A DNA stretch of 64,000 bases. Origin: Mobula hypostoma (Eukaryota). Location: positions 114,454,001-114,518,000 of the forward strand of contig NC_086108.1 in the NCBI RefSeq assembly GCF_963921235.1, written 5' to 3'. Of the stretch, positions 11,340 to 22,710 are shown piece after piece (position 1 is the first letter of the stretch; every line of letters starts with the position of its first letter). The notes below the pieces were generated by a model, which saw nothing but the letters and a program-made list of their open reading frames with translations, was not told the origin of the DNA and did not search any database. A program made the translations under genes and the position numbers.

Positions 11340-12060
11340 CTCACTCACGGCCGCTCTCTCCACCCCGCCGGGCTCCCAGCGACCCCCTTTAAAACGCAAA
11401 TATAAATGGTAGCTGGAAGTCAAATCCGAATCGCGTGCGCTCCGAGTGGTTACGGTGTCATTTCTACTAAAGTTACCTCGGCGGATGGAAGTTTTACTGC
11501 AGCAGACCACACCTCTCCAACGTAACAGCCCCCTGGCCATCGGAGCACTTTTATTCAATACGAACAAAAAACATCTAGTTCACCCCCCCCCTTCCTCTGC
11601 CGTGCTGAGCCAGAAGTCTAATCTAACCATCTTTTTTTTTTATCTCTGATCGGTTACAGGGCTCTGTTGAAATCTAAACACGGGCTCGGGTTACAACCCC
11701 CGCAGTCTTTGAAGGGAACGAGCAGATGAAAACATTTGCCGTCTCGGCACGGCATAGTGCGTGGCTGTGGCCGCGGCCGCTCCCCATTCCCTCTGAGTCC
11801 AGGCGTGTTTCTCCCGTTGAGAAAGAGAAGCTCGCTCTGGTACTGTAATTAAATTAACTCCCCACCGGTAATCGCCGGCATCTGAACCATATTAATAATA
11901 TTTTACTAGGGACAAAGCCCACGAGGAATGGGTCTTTAATCATTACCAATAAGCGGGCACCTCTTACACCGGGTGCAATCGCTAATAGAGGCAATCATTG
12001 CCACAGAGACACCCTGCTCTTGTGAGCGAGGTGAGCGGCTTCCCAGAATCAGTTGTCATG
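11340..12060 (-). promoter_or_regulatory. LHX6 5' UTR / proximal promoter, CpG-rich, with TAAT cluster
   Basis: Non-repetitive CpG-rich sequence directly upstream of the start codon; many TAAT/ATTA cores at about 11845-11990. Confidence 0.6.
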
Positions 12061-12640
12061 GAGGGTACAATTCTTGGCTTCCACCCGGAATCGCACTGAT
12101 AGGGATGGGGCCCTGCATCCACCTAACCAAGTCCTTGAGGATAGGCACAAGAGATGCTGCAAACCCAGAGCAACACACGCAAAATGCTGGAGGAACTCAA
12201 CAGGTCAGGCAGCATCTATGGAGGGGAATAAGCAGTCGACATTTTGGGCGGAGATCTTTCATCGGGATTGGAAAGGAAGGGGAAAGAAGCTGGAAACTGC
12301 CGCATGAAAAAAAAATGGAGGGCTTTGGGAAGGGATAGTTTGGTCGTCGAGTAAGTTAAAGGGTCCGCAGAACATCATGGGCCGAATTGCCTACACTGTT
12401 CTGTCACAAGGATAGAAGAAATAGGAGCAGGAGTAGGCCATTCCGAGCCCGCCCCGCCATTCAATAAGATCATACCTGATCTGGCCATGGACCCATCTCC
12501 ACTATCGGCCCCTTTTTCCCATAACCCTTAATTCCTCTACCATGCAAAATTCTATCCAACAATCCAATGTTTCTGTTGGAACTATTCAAAGTTCTATGAA
12601 TCGCCATCGCATGTAAATGAAATGAGTCCATGCAGTTTAT

Positions 12641-12823
12641 TAAAAACGCAAACACGAGGAATTCTGCAGATGCTGGAAATTCAAGCAACACACATCAAAG
12701 TTGCTGGTGAACGCAGCAGGCCAGGCAGCATCTCTAGGAAGAGGTACAGTCGACGTTTCAGGCCGAGACCCTTCGTCAGGACTAACGAAGTTAGTTCACC
12801 AGCAACTTTGATGTGTGTTGCTC
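12641..12823. mobile_element. Young Penelope-derived short element carrying a hammerhead ribozyme
   Basis: Head aaacacgaggaattctgcagatgctggaaat, partial inverted arm at about 12794-12822, near-TSD tgcagtt(t/a)at at 12631-12640 and 12824-12833. Confidence 0.75.
12748..12783 (-). ncRNA. Minimal type I hammerhead ribozyme
   Basis: Minus strand reads AGUC-CUGACGA-A-GGGU CUCG GCCU-GAAA-CG-UC/GACU. Stem I is AGUC:GACU, the CUGANGA and GAAA boxes are intact, stem II has 4 bp, stem III is the palindrome ACGU, and the cleavage triplet is GUC. Confidence 0.75.
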
Positions 12824-13019
12824 TGCAGTTAATCACCATTTTACCTTGTTCTACTGCAATGCACTGTGTAATGATTTGATCTGTATGAACAGAATCCAAG
12901 TCAAGTTTTCACCGTATCTCAGTACATATGATAATGATAACCCAGTCTACCAATTAATGTAGGTGGGTAACCACCACGTTCAACACAGGTAAGGTCCTTC
13001 CCGCCATTGAGCAAATCTG

Positions 13020-13975
13020 TTAGTAATCCCTGAGGAAATAACAAACAGGATTTACAAAAGAGAATCGTTGGATGTTGTGTACTTGGACTTTTAAAAGGCA
13101 CTTGACAAGGCGCCGCACACGAGGCTGCTAAACGAGTTAACAGCCCAGGGTAGTACAGTAAAGGTACTAGCATGGATAGAGCATTGGCTGATTAGCGGGA
13201 GGAAAAGAGTGCGAGTAAAGGGAGCACATTTTGATTGGCTAGTGGTGTTGGGACCGCGTCTTTTTATGTTGTATGTCAATGATTCGGATGACGCAATTGA
13301 TGGCTTTGTGTCTAAGTTTGTGGACAATGCGATGGAGATGCAGGTGGGGTTGAGGAAGCAGGGAGGTTATATAACGAGTTAAACAGATTAGAAGAATGCA
13401 CAGAGAAGTGGCAGATGAAATGCAGTGTTAGGAAGTGTATAGTCATACACTTTGGTAGAAGGAATAAAAACGTAGACTGTTTTCTAAACGGGGAGGAAAT
13501 TCAAAGTCCGAGGTACAAAGAGATTTGTGAGTCATTATGCAGGATTCCCTAAAGGAGTACTGGCAGGTTGAGTCGGTGGTGAGGAAGGCAGATGCAGTGT
13601 TAGCATTCATTTCGGCAGGACTAGAACATACAAACAAGCATGTCATGTTGAGTCTTCGTAAGGCACCGGTGAGGACTCACTTGGAGTATTGTGAGCAGTT
13701 TTGGGCCCTTTTTCTAAGAAAGGATATGCTGACATCACGAAAATAATTTATTTAGCCAGAGAGGGGTGAATCTGTTGCCACAGGTGGCTGTGGAGACCAA
13801 GTAACTGGCAGTATTTCAGGCGGAGGTTGGTCGATTCTTGGTAAATCAGGGCGTGAAAGGTTACGGAGAGAAAGCAAGGGAATGGGATTGAGAGGCATTG
13901 GATTATGCATGATCAAATGACGGAGAAGACTCGATGGGCCGAATAGCCTAATTCTAGTCCTTTGTCTTATAGTCC
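13020..13975 (+). mobile_element. Degraded CR1 LINE fragment
   Basis: DVVYLDF-like region, VESVVRKADAVLAFIS..HLEYCEQFWA, and CR1 tail. Confidence 0.88.
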
Positions 13976-13984
13976 TACACTGAG

Positions 13985-15008
13985 AACGGTTGCAGGAAAG
14001 CAGCATCGATGAAGAACCCCCATCACCCGCCATTCTCTCTTCTCGCCGCTGCCTCCAGGAAGAAGGTACAGGAGCCTCAGGACCCGCACCGCCAGGTTCG
14101 GGAATAGTCATTACCCCTCAGCCATCAGGCTTCTGAACCGGGGGGATTTCTTCACTCATGTTCACTTGCCCCATCATTGAAATGTTCTCACTACGCATGA
14201 ACTCACTTTCAAGGACTCTTCATTTCATGTGTCGATATTTATTGCTTATTTTTTTCTCTCAGCTGAAGTTGGTAAAACCGGAGGTGTGGACATAGCCAAG
14301 CACACTCATTTCTCAACTGCTAGGAACTTTCGGCTTATTCGCGTGGTGTTCAGTGTTCTGGCTTTCTTAAGATTTACATAAATATTGCGATGTAACCCTA
14401 ATAATTCAATACTATTGGGTAGTGACTTTGAGATGATACCCATTGTAGATATTACTCTTGGGACAATGTATACCCTGTTCATGTTCCAAAGTCTTTCAAT
14501 TTCCTCTTTTAATTCAGCGTATTTCTGGTGTCTTCCACATTGATTTCTGGATGTTATGTGTGTTTGGAACGGCTATTAAATATGTTGTTCTTGCTTGTTT
14601 GTCCTGTATTATATCGGGACTGTTATTGTGGATTGTCCTATCTGTAATAACTGATCAGTCATAACATAATTTGTGGTTTTCTGACTCTAAAACTGGATCA
14701 GGTTTGTATTTATAGCAAGATGTGATTTCATTCATGAGTTTGTACTTTAAAGCAAGATTTTGATGAATGATGTTAGGCACTTGATTGTGCCTGTGTAAGT
14801 AGTCATTGTGTTATTATTATTGATACTACTATTTTCTTTTTGATTATTTACACAGTTTTTATTACACTTTGTCCGCCTCTGTGCGGCTTTTCATTGATTC
14901 TATTGTGTGCGTGTTTTGTATTTACTGCGAATGTCCGCAGAAAATGAATCTCGGGGTTGTAAATGTGACATATACGTATTTTGTTAATAAACTTGCTTTG
15001 AAGTTTGA
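13985..15008 (+). mobile_element. Rex1/Babar-like LINE 3' end split by the R4/Dong insertion
   Basis: 13985-14248 and 14811-15008 join to match the uninterrupted copies at 7085-7530 and 28420-28950. Confidence 0.75.
14250..14810 (-). mobile_element. 5'-truncated R4/Dong-clade non-LTR retrotransposon (restriction-like endonuclease C-terminus, decayed)
   Basis: Manual translation: YLHRHNQVPNIIHQNLALKYKL..YKYKPDPVLESENHKLCYD*SVITDRTIHNNSPDIIQDKQARTTYLIAVPNTHNIQKS / HQKYAELKEEIERLWNMNRVYIVPRVISTMGIISKSL..LNTTRISRKFLAVEK* (stop at 14306-14308). Contains the RHN, PD and KY motifs. Confidence 0.85.
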
Positions 15009-15269
15009 AAGTACCTGATTGTTAGTATGGACATAGTGCTGGAGGGACGCTCTGTGTCCAACACCTTACAGGAGAAGGGTCGGCTTTGTAGGTGTTGCAT
15101 TCCAGTGACGCGGGCATAGTCGGACTGGATTAGTCTACAGAGAAACAACCCGTGGGGTCACCAACTCGGGCGGCTCCTGACCAAGTGCTGTTTGACACTA
15201 TTCCTTAGTCCACAGTACGCTGTTCACAGATGCACTCACCTTTGCAAGGAAATCACCCCTGCAGGAAAG

Positions 15270-15960
15270 GCTCTCTCAAATTTCTACGGATGTACTGTGC
15301 AGCGTTCTAATTGGTTGCATCACCGTCTGGTATGGAGGGGCCGCCGCACAGAAAAGTCTACAGGGAGTTGTAAACTCAGCCAACTCCATCAAGGGCACCA
15401 GCCATTCCAGCATGAGTACATCTTCAAAAAGCGATGTCTCAGAAAGGCGGCATCTATCATTAAGGTCCCCGTCACCCAGGACATGCCCTCTTCTCATTGT
15501 TATTGAGGAGGAGGTACAGGACTCGCTCAATGTTTCAGGAACAGCTTCGTCACCACGGTATTTTTGAAGGGACAATGAACCCAATGTGAATGTACGCTAT
15601 TTTCGTTCTTATTGTTCTTCGTTTTATTCCTTATTGTAACTTACAGTCGATTTTATGTATTGAACTGCATTCCTAACTCCGCCAAGCCGGCTGCGAAAGG
15701 GGGAGGGTTGGGCACGGGGCTAAAAACCCAGACCTACAGAAAGACCAACAGAAGCTCAACGGACCCCATCTCTGGGAGACGAAGGACAAGGCTGGCCACA
15801 CCTAGGAAAACTTGAAAGACTGGCCGAGGACGGAGTTAAGTGAAGCGCTGTCGGCAGCCTTTGTCCCGGGGCGATGGTTTTAAGAAGAAGACTATACTGT
15901 ACTGCTATCGTAAAAAGTAACAAGTTTCACGACATCTGTCAGCGATAATAAACTTGATTT
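15270..15960 (+). mobile_element. Rex1/Babar-like LINE 3' fragment containing an RTE-derived short element (about 15680-15890)
   Basis: NFYGCTVQ..KRCLRKAASIIK translation; the insert has gagggttgggcacggggctaaaaaccc and ends in (aag)n. Confidence 0.7.
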
Positions 15961-17039
15961 TGATCCTGGGTCACTGGCGGTTTGTTTTAGTTTGATGGGT
16001 GGAAGGTGCAGAGTTCAGGAGGCAGAACACCAGGGAAGAAGTGCGAATTGATTTCCTAGTTCAAGTTTATTGCCAAGTGCTTGCCCCCAGCATTTAAGGT
16101 CCGGGTCCACGCCCGTTGCCGGCATGGGAGCGGAGAGCTTCAAGTTGTGGAAAATGGGTGCGGGCTGCAGATTTTTTGTTTGTTTGTTAGAACAGAGATG
16201 AGGAGGAATTTCTTTAGCCCAAGGGTGGTGAATCTGTGGAATTCATTGCCACAAGATGGCTGTTCAGCCCAATTCATTGAGCACCGTATACTTAAAGCGG
16301 AGGTTGATATGTTCTTGATTAGGCAGGGTGACAAAGGTTACGGGGAACAGGCAGGAGAACGGGTTTGAGAGGGATAATAAATCAGCCATGATAGAATGGC
16401 AGAGCGGACTCGATGGGCCGAATGGTCGTGCGAGTGTGTTTCCATATGTTCTAATTGAGTTCTTTCTTGTAAAGATTGTGCATAATTTATGGTCGTTTTT
16501 CTTGAGACTGCCACTTATTGATGTGCCTGTGATGTTATTTTGCACTATTTATATTGTAGCTTAAATTATTTTATACCTTTGCGTTATACTGCTGCCTCAA
16601 AACAACAAATTTCACGTCATGTAAATCAATGATAATAAATCTAGAGTAACTTTTTAATTTCACCCATGTCCCGCTCCCATGAGGGAAGAGGCTACGTAGC
16701 ACCCACACCAGGACCACCAGACTAATAAACAGTTATCTTCCCAGAGCAGTAAGGCTCATCAACACCTCCACCTGATAACTGCGACTTTTTAATTTCTCGT
16801 CAGTCCCCTCCGTACAACCTAGCATCGGACAGATCGTAACCCAGAACTGGAATCAATTTGGGACAGGAAACCTTCTACAACGGGTAGTCAGAACTGCCCC
16901 GAGTGATGCGCCATTACAGAAAGGTGCCGGACATGACCCATGACCATCATGCAGGATCTCGCCCTCCCTGCTCGTAGACTGTTCGTACCACCCCCAGCAG
17001 GAAGGAGGCTACGTATCATCCACTCCAGGACCACCAGAC

Positions 17040-17210
17040 AGTCCTGATGAAGGGTCTCGGCCCGAAGCATCCAGTGTACTCTTTTCCACAGTTCCTCCTA
17101 CATTTTGTGCGTGTTGCTTGGATTTCCAACATCTGCAGATTTTCTCTTTTCCTCCAGCATTTTGAGTGTGTTGCTTGGACTTCCAGCATCTGCTCATTTT
17201 CTCTTGTTCG
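17040..17210 (+). mobile_element. Penelope-derived short element with near-intact hammerhead (CTGATGAA GGGTCTCGGCCC GAAG)
   Basis: Inserted into a LINE 3' end; has an internal duplication of the arm. Confidence 0.7.
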
Positions 17211-17799
17211 TGATTGCCTTTACTTTCCCCAAGCAGTAAGACTGATCAACACCTCCACCCACTAACCCACCCCTCCCCACCCCCGACCACCACTACTCTA
17301 TCATTTCCTGTCAGTCACCCTGTGTACAGACACTCCGTGCCTGATCTCACTTTACAATCAATCTAGGTATATAAGCTATTTGATGTTTATATTTATAGGA
17401 TCCACCTTGTCCCAGGGTGAGACCCTTTGCTTTTAGTCCTGATGAATGGTCTCTGGCCGACACTTCATCTGTTTGTTTCTCTCTATAGATGTTGCCTGGA
17501 TCGTTCCAGCATTTTGTATGTACGTAAGCGCGCCGAGTTTCCAGCAGCCAGACACGGGACTCGGCTCAGAAATCCTTACAGCAACTGCTACATCGGCTTC
17601 TCGTGAACTACCCCACCCCCGATTATTTTAGTTGGAAATTGTGTTAATTCGTTTTTTTTTCCCAGGACACAATCCAACTCTATTGGTGCAGGTGAATCAC
17701 TGTGTTACGGATTTTATATACCCTTTAAATATTATATATATTCTTTGATACATCCCCTGTGTCTATGTTATACCAATAATGGCGAGTATTCTTGTAGAA

Positions 17800-17946
17800 A
17801 AGAAGCACTTCTGTAAATCTCCCTGACAGGCATATTTCACACTTTGTAATGATTTTGTGAGTTACAAATGTAATTTTGTAACCTCAGTGAGTTGAATAAC
17901 TAGATTGGGAGGCTGTTACTGTGGGCACTTGACAGCGTGAACAATG
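17800..17946. promoter_or_regulatory. Candidate upstream conserved non-coding enhancer
   Basis: Unique sequence with TGACAG (about 17824), CACTTGACAG (17926-17935) and AACAAT (about 17940). Confidence 0.35.
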
Positions 17947-17955
17947 TTTTATATT

Positions 17956-18096
17956 AAACACCAGAGATTCTGCAGTTGCCGGACATCCAGAGCAACACAC
18001 ACAAAATGCTGGAGGAACTAAACGTCGCCTCTATATTCCTCTCCATAGATGCTGCCTGTCCTGCTGAGTTCTCTGGCGTTTTGTGTGTGTTGTTCA
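17956..18096. mobile_element. Fold-back Penelope-derived element with central deletion
   Basis: Inverted acacacacaaaatgctggaggaact / agttctctggcgttttgtgtgtgt; ttttat(a/c)tt flanks. Confidence 0.65.
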
Positions 18097-18594
18097 TTTT
18101 ATCTTTTGTTTGATATGACACGAAAGAATAGCCATTTATTTATAAATAAACGGAAACATTTTCAGATTGAAATGTTCTTAATTATTTTAAAGGTTTTTAA
18201 TTTATTTTGAGGGTGACATTAGATGCAGGAACACTATTTCCTCTCTATCTGGTATGTTCTGCCAGCTGCGTGCGGCCAAGGCAATCTTTCGTGAGTTCCC
18301 CTTTCACAGATTTAGTCTAATATAAATTCTGACTTTCAAGCTCATAATTTACATGCAGTCCTTCCTTTCAAATACACGCTAACCTGTTTCTCACAGACCC
18401 CCCCCCAAAAAAAAAACTGCCGCCGGTGGCCAGTTGGTATAGAACTCGAAAAGTATTGAATATCGATTCACCCCTGGATTTTAGAACGGGACATAGACCA
18501 TAGGACACAGAACTCAGTGCAGACCTTCCGGCCCATGGTGCTGTAACAAACTTTTAACCTAGAGCAAGGCCAGTTTAACCCTTCCCTGTCACAA

Positions 18595-19075
18595 AGGAGA
18601 AGACTTGGTCTGTCACCAAACACTGGGAAATTTCTACAAATGTGCAGTGAAGAGCGTTTTTAGTCGTTGCATCACCATCTGGTATGCCCCCCACCCCCAC
18701 TGAACAGGATCGGAAAAAGCTGCAAAAGGTTGTAAACTCAGCCTCCCCAGCTTCCAGATACCTTCAAAAGGCGATGCCTCAAAAAGGCGGCATATATCAT
18801 TATGGGCCCTCATCACCCAGGACATACCCTCTTCTCATTACTACCATCAGGGAGAAGGTACATACATACTCTTTATGTTTCAGGAACAGCTTCTACATCA
18901 GATTTCTGAATGGACAATGAACCCACGAATACTACCCCAGTATTTTTGCATCACTTGATTTACTTTTTTATATATACTTAATGTAATTTATAGATTTTAT
19001 TATTATTTATTGCAATATACTGCTGCCGCAGAACAACAACTTTCACGACATATACCAGTGTTATTAAACCTGATT
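18595..19075 (+). mobile_element. Rex1/Babar-like LINE 3' fragment
   Basis: QDRKKLQKVVNSA translation; 3' UTR ending in attaaacctgatt. Confidence 0.75.
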
Positions 19076-19802
19076 TTGGGTTCTCGCCATTTCTCGATCA
19101 TCAATGTCCCTGTGGGAGTTTAACGCGTAAAAAGACCACGTGGCGGCTGCTACCAAACTGAGCGCATCAAAAGTCGTTCGAAACTGGAGAAACTTTAGCC
19201 GAGCTGTAATTGTAGGAGCCTGATATCTTGGTTCCACGCACCGATGACTTAAAAGGGTTTATATGGATTTCTAGAAATGTTTTAAACGAATCGGCGTTGG
19301 AACTTTTTATTCAGAGCGCGGCATCGGGCAGTTTTCTGCTTCGGAATAAACCCGGAGCTACAACCAATGAATATTCAGGCGGGGATCAGATTCAGATTTT
19401 AAAGTTCTTGATTAATTACGGAGAATGGGGTTGAGAGGAATAATAAATCCCTCTCAATGGCGGAACGGACCAGATTGGCCGAATATCCTAACTCAGTTGC
19501 TGAGTCTTCCCGTCTTCATAACACTGGCATTTGTCGTGAGTTTTGTTGTGGGGGTTAGAGTTATATTTTAAACTGAGGGAGGAACTGGGGGCGAATTACC
19601 GCAAAGCGTCACTTCAGTTTCCTTGACAACATACAACATAGATCAGTACAGGTCAGCGCAGTTCTTCGGCCCACGATGTTGTGCCGACCTTTTAACTCGC
19701 TCTAGGACCAATGTAACCATTCCCTCCGACGTAACAATAATAACTGCACTCACTTCTCTTCCCTCACATCTTCAACATCTGGCACACTGCTAGTGATCTA
19801 GG

Positions 19803-20533
19803 TGATCACACAACGAGATCTAGGTGTTCTTGTACATCAGTCACTGAAAGCAAGCATGCAGGTACAGCAGGCTGTGAAGAAAGCTAATGGCATGCTGGCC
19901 TTCATAACAAGGGGAATTGAGTATAAGAGCAAAGAGGTCCTTCTGCAGCTGTACATGGCCCTGGTGAGACCACACCTGGAGTACTGTGTGCAATTTTGGT
20001 CTCCAAATTTGAGGAAGGACATTCTTGATATTAAGGGAGTGCAATGTAGGTTCACAAAGTTCATTCCCGGGATGGCGGGACTGTCATATGTTGAAAGATC
20101 GGAGCGACTGGGCTTGTATACTCTGGAATTTAGAAGGCTGAGAGGGGATCTTATTGAAACATATAAGATTATTAAGGGATTGGACACGCTGGAGGCAGGA
20201 AGTATGTTCCCGCTGATGGGTGAGTCCAGAACCAGAGGTCACAGTTTAAGAATAAGGGGTAGGCCATTTAGAACGGAGTTGAGGAAAAACTTTTTCACCC
20301 AGAGAGTGGTGAACATATGGAATGCTCTGCCCCAGAAGGCTGTGGAGGCCAAGTCTCTGGATGCTTTCAAGAAAGAGATGGATAGAGCTCTTAAAGATAG
20401 CGGAATCAAAGGTTATGGGGATAAGGCAGGAACTGGATACTGATTGTGGATGATCAGCCATGATCATAGTGAATGGTGGTGCCGGCTCGAAGGGCCGAAT
20501 GGCCTACTCCTGCACCTATTGTCTATTGTCTAT
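19803..20533 (+). mobile_element. Young 5'-truncated CR1 LINE with (CTATTGT)n tail
   Basis: Uninterrupted 213-aa ORF2 C-terminus (QRDLGVLVHQSLK...GIKGYG). Confidence 0.95.
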
Positions 20534-22375
20534 AGTGTCTTCTACAGTGAAGACTGATGCAAAATACTCATTCAGTTCAACTGCCATCTCCTCGTCCCCT
20601 TTATCATTTCTTCTACCTCATTTTCTAGCAGTCCTATATCCACTGTCATCTCTCTTTTATTCTTTATATACCTAGAAAAGCTTTTTTCTATCCACCTTGA
20701 TCTTTGTTTGCTACCTTGCTTTCATATTTCATCTTTTCCCTCCTAATGATTCTTTTAGTTGCTTTCTGTAGGTTTTTAGAAGCTTTCCAATCCTCTATCT
20801 TCCCACTGGTTTTTGCTATGTTGTATGCCCTCTCTTTTGCTTTTACATTAGCTTCGACTTCCCCGCGACAAACTGCTCTGAAAAGCCATGTCAGAGGCAT
20901 TCAACAAATTCAATCTCTTGAGATCCATTACCAACCTGATTTTCCCAATCTACCTGCATGTTAAAATCTCCCATGATTGCCCTTTTGACACGCCTTTTCT
21001 ATTTCCTGTTGTAATCTGTGGTCCACATCCCAGCTACTGTTAGGAGGCCTGAATATAACTGCCATCAGGGTCCTTTTACACTTGCAGTTTCTTTGCTCTA
21101 CCCACAAGGTTTCAACATCTTCTGATCCTGTCACATCTTTCTAATGACTTGATGCCTTTCTTTACCAGCAGAGCCATTCCATCCATTCTGCCTATGTTCC
21201 TATCCCTGCAATACAATCTGTAACCTTGTAACCTCCCAACTACAACCAATCCTTCAGCCACGATTCAGTGATGGTCACAACATCATACCTGACCATCTGT
21301 AAAAGTACGACAAGATCATCCACTGTGCATTGAGATATAATACTTTGAGTCCTGTATTTACTACGCTTTTTGATTCTGCATCCCAAATGCACTGACACGC
21401 ACCCTGCTGGCTGCAATTCTGTCCTGTCATCTGCCTGCCCTTCCTGACAGTCTGACAGCACACTTTTTTTTTACCACCCGTCCTACCCTGAGTCCCTTCA
21501 TTCGGGCTCCCAACCCCCCCTCCCGCCAGATTAGTTTAAACCCTCCCCAGTAACTCTAACAAACCTGTCCACGAGAATATTGGTCCCCCTCGGGTTGGGG
21601 TGCAACCCTTCACTTTTGTACAGGTTATACCTCCCCCAGAAGAGATCCCACTGATACAGGAACATGGAGCCCTTCCCCCTGCATCAGCATCTCAGCCACA
21701 CATTCATCCAGAAATTACAACCCGGGAGGTCCTGCTTCTCAGCTTTCTACCTAGCTCTCTAAGTTCTCTCTTCAGGACCTCTTTGCTTTTCCTATGTGAT
21801 TGGTACTGATATGTACCAAGGCACCTGGCTGCTCTCCCCCCACCCCCGAAATATTGTGGACATGATCTGAGATGTCCTGACCCTAGCACCTGGGAGGTAA
21901 CATAGCATCCAGTTCCTCCCGGTTCATGGCCACAGAATCTCCTGTCTGTTCCTCTGACTATTGAGTCTCCTATCACTGCCACTCCCCTCTTCTCCCTCTT
22001 TCCCTTCTGCACCACGAACCAATGCTCAGTACCAGTAACCTGGTCATCGTGGCGTTCCCCTAGGAGATCATCCCCCACAACATTATCCAAAGCAGTATGT
22101 TTATTACTGAGGGGAGTGACCACAGGGGTGCTCTGTGCTATCTGCCTATTTGCCTTCCCATTTTTTCTGACAGTCACCCAGCTACCCACCTCCAGCAACT
22201 TCGGGGTGACTGTAACTCTGATTGATTATCTCCTCACTCTCCCATACAAGCCAAAAGGTCATCCAGCTGCTGCTCCAGATCCCTAACATGGTCTTCAATG
22301 AGCTGCAGTTGGATGCACTTCACACAGATGTTGTTCCCTGGGAGACTCTGGCTCTCCCAGGATTCCTACATCGGC
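20534..22375 (-). mobile_element. CR1 LINE 5' region (ORF1 SGNH/GDSL esterase-like remnant + APE start), degraded
   Basis: VAVIGDSIVRGTDRRFCG..RTSRVVISG; LKVLYLNA..YDVVTITESWL. Confidence 0.88.
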
Positions 22376-22540
22376 ATAAATCGGGACATGTATCATTGGT
22401 TTATTGTTGTTGCAGATAAGGAGGAACTGTGAAAATGTTTGTTTTGCCTGTCAACCATAAAGATCATTTCATTGTATCAATGTATGGAGGTAGTAGAAGG
22501 GTGAATAATAACAGAATGCAGAATAAAGTGTAGAACAGCT

Positions 22541-22710
22541 GTTACAGACAAGGAGTAGAATGGTTCGTACAGGCAAAGAGCAGAATGGTTGTTACAGACA
22601 AGGAATAGAATGGTTGTTACAGGCAGGGAGTAGAATGGTTATTACAGACAAGGAGTAGAACAGTTGTTACAGGCAAGGAGCAGAATGATTGTTACAGGCA
22701 AGGAGTAGAT
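22541..22710 (+). repeat. 25-bp tandem repeat, about 7 copies (GTTACAGRCAAGGAGTAGAATGGTT)
   Basis: Direct reading. Confidence 0.9.

Noticed and set aside
14777..14784. CACTTGA NKX2-like site (also at about 13099)
   Set aside because: It lies inside retrotransposon coding remnants, so it is probably incidental.
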